From the IMG/VR virus record IMGVR_UViG_3300037524_000679, positions 1-57,900 of that record: a stretch of DNA of 57,900 nucleotides. The stretch is one strand, 5' to 3'. Position 1 is the stretch's first letter. Every line of letters starts with the position of its first letter. Shown in pieces: positions 54,302-57,900 of the stretch. A model generated the notes under the pieces. That model searched no databases, was not told where the DNA came from, and saw nothing but the letters and a program-made list of their open reading frames with translations. The DNA comes from a virus. Taxonomy: Duplodnaviria > Caudoviricetes. The position numbers and the translations under genes are program-made.

Positions 54302-55690
54302 TTATTGAGCATAATAACGAACTACTAATTCGTCATTAATATCAATCAACTCACCAAGAGCGGTGAAATTAATCTCAGTTGAGAGTACGTCTTCAACATT
54401 AACTGAAGGAATAACCAAGTGAGCGTGATTCATGATAAAATCTACTCTTGGTGTATTCGATCCACCACCCATACTAATTGTCATTTCAAATTCTTGAGTT
54501 ACAGTATTTGTATCTGCAAGAAGGTCTGTTAATAGACCACCAGTATTGTTTGAACCAGTATTTAAGTATGCTGTTAATGTACCATCTACAGCACGAGTAC
54601 CAGTGAAGCTACCAATTGGAACATTAACTTTTCCTAGCTCTTCTGGAGTTAAATAAGTTACATTATTTTCAATAGTTAGTGATCCACCAGTAATTGGCAT
54701 ATTATAAATCTTTGGTGTTCCTGTACCTGCTACAGCTGCATCAATTGCAGTATAATTACTATCTAAAGTAGCAAATAGTGGTGTTCCACCATCAGTAATA
54801 CTAATAGATGTAGTAGAGCCAGACTTAGAACTTACTACACGTAAATTACCGTCTTTAATATATGCTACTGCTCCACTTAATTGATAGTTAATTTCTCCAA
54901 TAACAGTTTCTACAGTCTTACCAGTTGCTCCGGCTACAGTGATTGTTTGTGCACTTCCACCATCTACAGCAATTGTAGCAGTATATGATGTTAAATTAAC
55001 TAAATCAGCAGCTACTGTTGGGTCTAAAGAATCATTATAATCTACTTGTTGATAACCAGAAGTTGTTCCAGTTGTCTTTTTAAGTGAGATTGATGATAGC
55101 TTATTCTTAATGAACTTAGCATTTGAAGGAGCAGCGGTATAGTCTACACCAGCTACCCAAGCAGTTGTATTAACTTCATCAATTGTAGAACCCATGCATG
55201 TCCAAGTTGCCATTGCAATATCTTCAATACTGAAATCAATTTCTACCGATCCTACTGCTACTTCATTTACTCTATATGTTGTATTATCTAATTTGAAAAA
55301 TACATATAGCTTTAATAGTTCATGTACATCAGAACCCTTAAAGTTTACTTCCATATAGTTAGTACCTGGTTTAGCATAAGTTCCTGCTGGTCCTGGGCCA
55401 ACTAAAGCTTCCCAAAGCATTCTCTCTAAACCATTATGGTTACTTGTAGCATAAAATGGTCTAACATATGTTGGAATTTCTAATTCTGCTGGATTTAGTG
55501 CAGTATTAAAAATCTTTTGGCCACGTACTGGTTTTTGTCCAGCTTCATTTAATGTAATTGTTTGTGACTCAGCTTCTTGTGAGAAACTATAACCATCTAA
55601 TACTGGTACTTCCCAAGTATTGGCAGCTACATTTCCTGTTGCAACTGTAGATACAAACATTTTTGTATTACGAGACAAATTTAATGCCAT
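54302..55690 (-). CDS. Major tail tube protein (T5 pb6-like)
   Basis: LSRNTKMFVS..VLDGYSFSQ..NEAG..RG..FNTALNP. Confidence 0.88.
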   Translation of the reverse strand: MALNLSRNTKMFVSTVATGNVAANTWEVPVLDGYSFSQEAESQTITLNEAGQKPVRGQKIFNTALNPAELEIPTYVRPFYATSNHNGLERMLWEALVGPGPAGTYAKPGTNYMEVNFKGSDVHELLKLYVFFKLDNTTYRVNEVAVGSVEIDFSIEDIAMATWTCMGSTIDEVNTTAWVAGVDYTAAPSNAKFIKNKLSSISLKKTTGTTSGYQQVDYNDSLDPTVAADLVNLTSYTATIAVDGGSAQTITVAGATGKTVETVIGEINYQLSGAVAYIKDGNLRVVSSKSGSTTSISITDGGTPLFATLDSNYTAIDAAVAGTGTPKIYNMPITGGSLTIENNVTYLTPEELGKVNVPIGSFTGTRAVDGTLTAYLNTGSNNTGGLLTDLLADTNTVTQEFEMTISMGGGSNTPRVDFIMNHAHLVIPSVNVEDVLSTEINFTALGELIDINDELVVRYYAQ

Positions 55691-55711
55691 TGTAATTTCT
55701 CCTTATTGATG

Positions 55712-56146
55712 TTAAACATCATATTGTACTTGTAAAACCATTTCTGCAACCGCCAATGGCTCTAATAACCCTTGATCAGTGTCAATAGAAATAATACTAA
55801 TTAACTCAGTAGTATCCCCTGTATCCTCATCATATACTAGATTATTATTTGCATCTATAATGGCTTCTATATCTCCTAAAAACTCTTCTAATACTACATA
55901 AGCATTTTCATCTTGTATATAAACTCTTATATTTATAGATAAATATGCCCATTTAAAATTTGATGGTAAATACTGCCTTGCTTCATTACCAGCTACTATA
56001 GAAATATGTGGAAAATTATTAATTTCATCCCAGAATATAACTCTATTACTCACATTATTATACACATTAGAATCATAATCTATACCATTTAAATTATCTT
56101 TTAGTAGTGATATAATTTTATTTACAATTTTTGTTCTTTTGCTCAT
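55712..56146 (-). CDS. Tail terminator protein
   Basis: RTKIV, FWDEINNFP, TDQGLL motifs; position before the tube gene. Confidence 0.75.
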   Translation of the reverse strand: MSKRTKIVNKIISLLKDNLNGIDYDSNVYNNVSNRVIFWDEINNFPHISIVAGNEARQYLPSNFKWAYLSINIRVYIQDENAYVVLEEFLGDIEAIIDANNNLVYDEDTGDTTELISIISIDTDQGLLEPLAVAEMVLQVQYDV

Positions 56147-57475
56147 TTAAGTCACCACTATAGGTCTTATTAAAAATTGCTTTTGTACTTGTTGTATAGC
56201 AATTTCTCTGATTGATCTAGATATTAATTTCTCAGGATCTCTTGTATCACCTTTATATTGCCTACCACCAGGAGCAAATGTAGCATATGGGTATTTCATA
56301 TAATCAAAATAAGTATTTAAATTTGATCCTACTTTGTTTATAGCTGTTACTTTAGCCGACTTAGCAAATCTTCCAGTTCTATAATTTAATACATCAGTAC
56401 TATATCCAGTACCCATATTAGCTCTTAGTCTATCATGTAGTTGTGCATTTATTAAATTTTGTAACTTAAGAACACTAAAGAACTTACCATCTATAGACCT
56501 TAGTTGTGGAGCTTTAATTATTGGCGTACCATGTCCTTCAACTTTATTATTTATTAAATCAATAGCACCTTGATGTTTATTAGAATATTTATTTTGTGAT
56601 CCCTTTTTACCTAAAAATCTATCTATAAGCTTATAAAGAATCATGTCAATAATACTTGGAGATCCTTTAATATCTCTAAGATAAGCTTCTACATACTCAT
56701 ATATATCGCTTTCTACTGATGCCAACACTTTTTGATTTATATATGTACTCTGAGGAGTTGTCATTATAAATCTAAATTTTCCAACTAAAGATGCTGCTAA
56801 CTCCAAATCTTTGTCAAAAGTACATCTATATTCTATATGTGCTCTTTTTAATCTATCTAAAAACTTATCAATATCTTTAGACGCTTTAAAAAGTATCTCC
56901 TTTTCTGGTGTTCCATATGAAGCTTTTTCTGCCTCTTCTCTAAATCTCTCCGCTATTCCATAAGTCTTCATGGCTAATGGAGAATTTTTTTCTTCTAAAC
57001 CAAAACTAGCCATGTGTCCTATATCAAAGGTGGATACCTTATTAGTTATAATACTTCCAGATTTACTTTTAATACTTTTTTCAACTACGCCCAAAAATGT
57101 ACTTATTAATTTAGGGTCTCTACTAATATTATTAGATAAAAAATCTCTTAAAGCACTAAAAGATTTGGCTATTAATAATAACCCTTCCCCATCTTGTAGT
57201 CTATATACACCGGTAAAAGATTTTGGATCAAATGAAGCTTCATCATATACTTTTGTTTTTCCTTGTATAATATCTAATGCTATTTTATAAATTTGTGTTA
57301 TATCTGACTCTGTTGGTTTCGGCATATTTGGCCCAACTTCGCTAAACCCTAGTCTTATACTTTCTTTACTAAAGTGCATTACATGAATTCCCGCATCCAT
57401 CTTAGCTCTAGTTTTTTCTAATAATACATACTTTACTGTATCATTAATAAAGTCAGTAAAAATAGGTTTACTCAT
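56147..57475 (-). CDS. Tail completion / neck protein
   Basis: LNYRTGRFA..YPYATF..RDP..LI..SIREIA C-terminus as in T5-like phages. Confidence 0.7.
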   Translation of the reverse strand: MSKPIFTDFINDTVKYVLLEKTRAKMDAGIHVMHFSKESIRLGFSEVGPNMPKPTESDITQIYKIALDIIQGKTKVYDEASFDPKSFTGVYRLQDGEGLLLIAKSFSALRDFLSNNISRDPKLISTFLGVVEKSIKSKSGSIITNKVSTFDIGHMASFGLEEKNSPLAMKTYGIAERFREEAEKASYGTPEKEILFKASKDIDKFLDRLKRAHIEYRCTFDKDLELAASLVGKFRFIMTTPQSTYINQKVLASVESDIYEYVEAYLRDIKGSPSIIDMILYKLIDRFLGKKGSQNKYSNKHQGAIDLINNKVEGHGTPIIKAPQLRSIDGKFFSVLKLQNLINAQLHDRLRANMGTGYSTDVLNYRTGRFAKSAKVTAINKVGSNLNTYFDYMKYPYATFAPGGRQYKGDTRDPEKLISRSIREIAIQQVQKQFLIRPIVVT

Positions 57476-57900
57476 TATGGTGCCTTATACATTTCGAAAA
57501 CTCTTTTAATATTAGCTGGTAAATTAGCTCCACCACCTTCTCTAAATCCTAAGTTTTCTATAACGTTTTCTCCAAAACTTTTTCTTGGCGTATATTCTTC
57601 ACTTCTATAGTATTCTACTAAATCTAATACCGCTATTTTTAAGTCTTCCGGTACTCTTTCGTAACCCCCCTTATATTGTATCTTTACACTAAGGTCAGCT
57701 GGTATAGCTCCGGCAGTAAATGGTGTATCATACATGGATCTAACAGCATCATACCTATAATCAACATAATAGGCTGTGCCAGCAACTAAATCTGTATAAT
57801 CTACTCCATTATATGAAACAGATACTTTTGTTACAGATCTTATTGGAAACTCTTGAAGAAATAATGCTTCATATTCATTACCATTAAAATACTCTGTAAA
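57475..57900 (-). CDS. Head-tail adaptor / head completion protein (5'-truncated)
   Basis: YKGGY..PEDLKIAVLDLVEYY; frame continues toward the window end. Confidence 0.7.
   Translation of the reverse strand, partial: FTEYFNGNEYEALFLQEFPIRSVTKVSVSYNGVDYTDLVAGTAYYVDYRYDAVRSMYDTPFTAGAIPADLSVKIQYKGGYERVPEDLKIAVLDLVEYYRSEEYTPRKSFGENVIENLGFREGGGANLPANIKRVFEMYKAP

Overview
AT-rich segment of a lytic T5-like (Demerecviridae-type) siphophage genome. Bases 1-17 kb (+) are an accessory region with 25 tRNA genes, many small ORFs, scattered lysis genes and an unusual density of structured non-coding RNAs. Bases 17-36 kb (+) hold the T5-type replication module (D3, split NAD ligase, D5, helicase, primase, PolA, D10-D15, dUTPase) ending in a class II RNR. 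Bases 36-58 kb (-) hold tail genes, with a T5-like tube and tape measure joined to a GTA-type tip module. The main observations are: (1) an uncharacterised 255-aa gene followed directly by two tandem circularly permuted, anticodon-less tRNA-like modules on long closing stems, resembling YrlA Y RNAs but with no Ro60 in the window; (2) a permuted two-piece tmRNA (tag ANDDVYDYAMAA) whose acceptor strand is split by an HNH endonuclease insert that is not a canonical group I intron; (3) several ORFs whose stop codons lie inside tRNA genes; (4) several stem-closed or pseudoknotted RNAs between tRNAs; (5) non-canonical tRNAs. All calls are from reading the sequence by eye; no database searches or folding programs were run.
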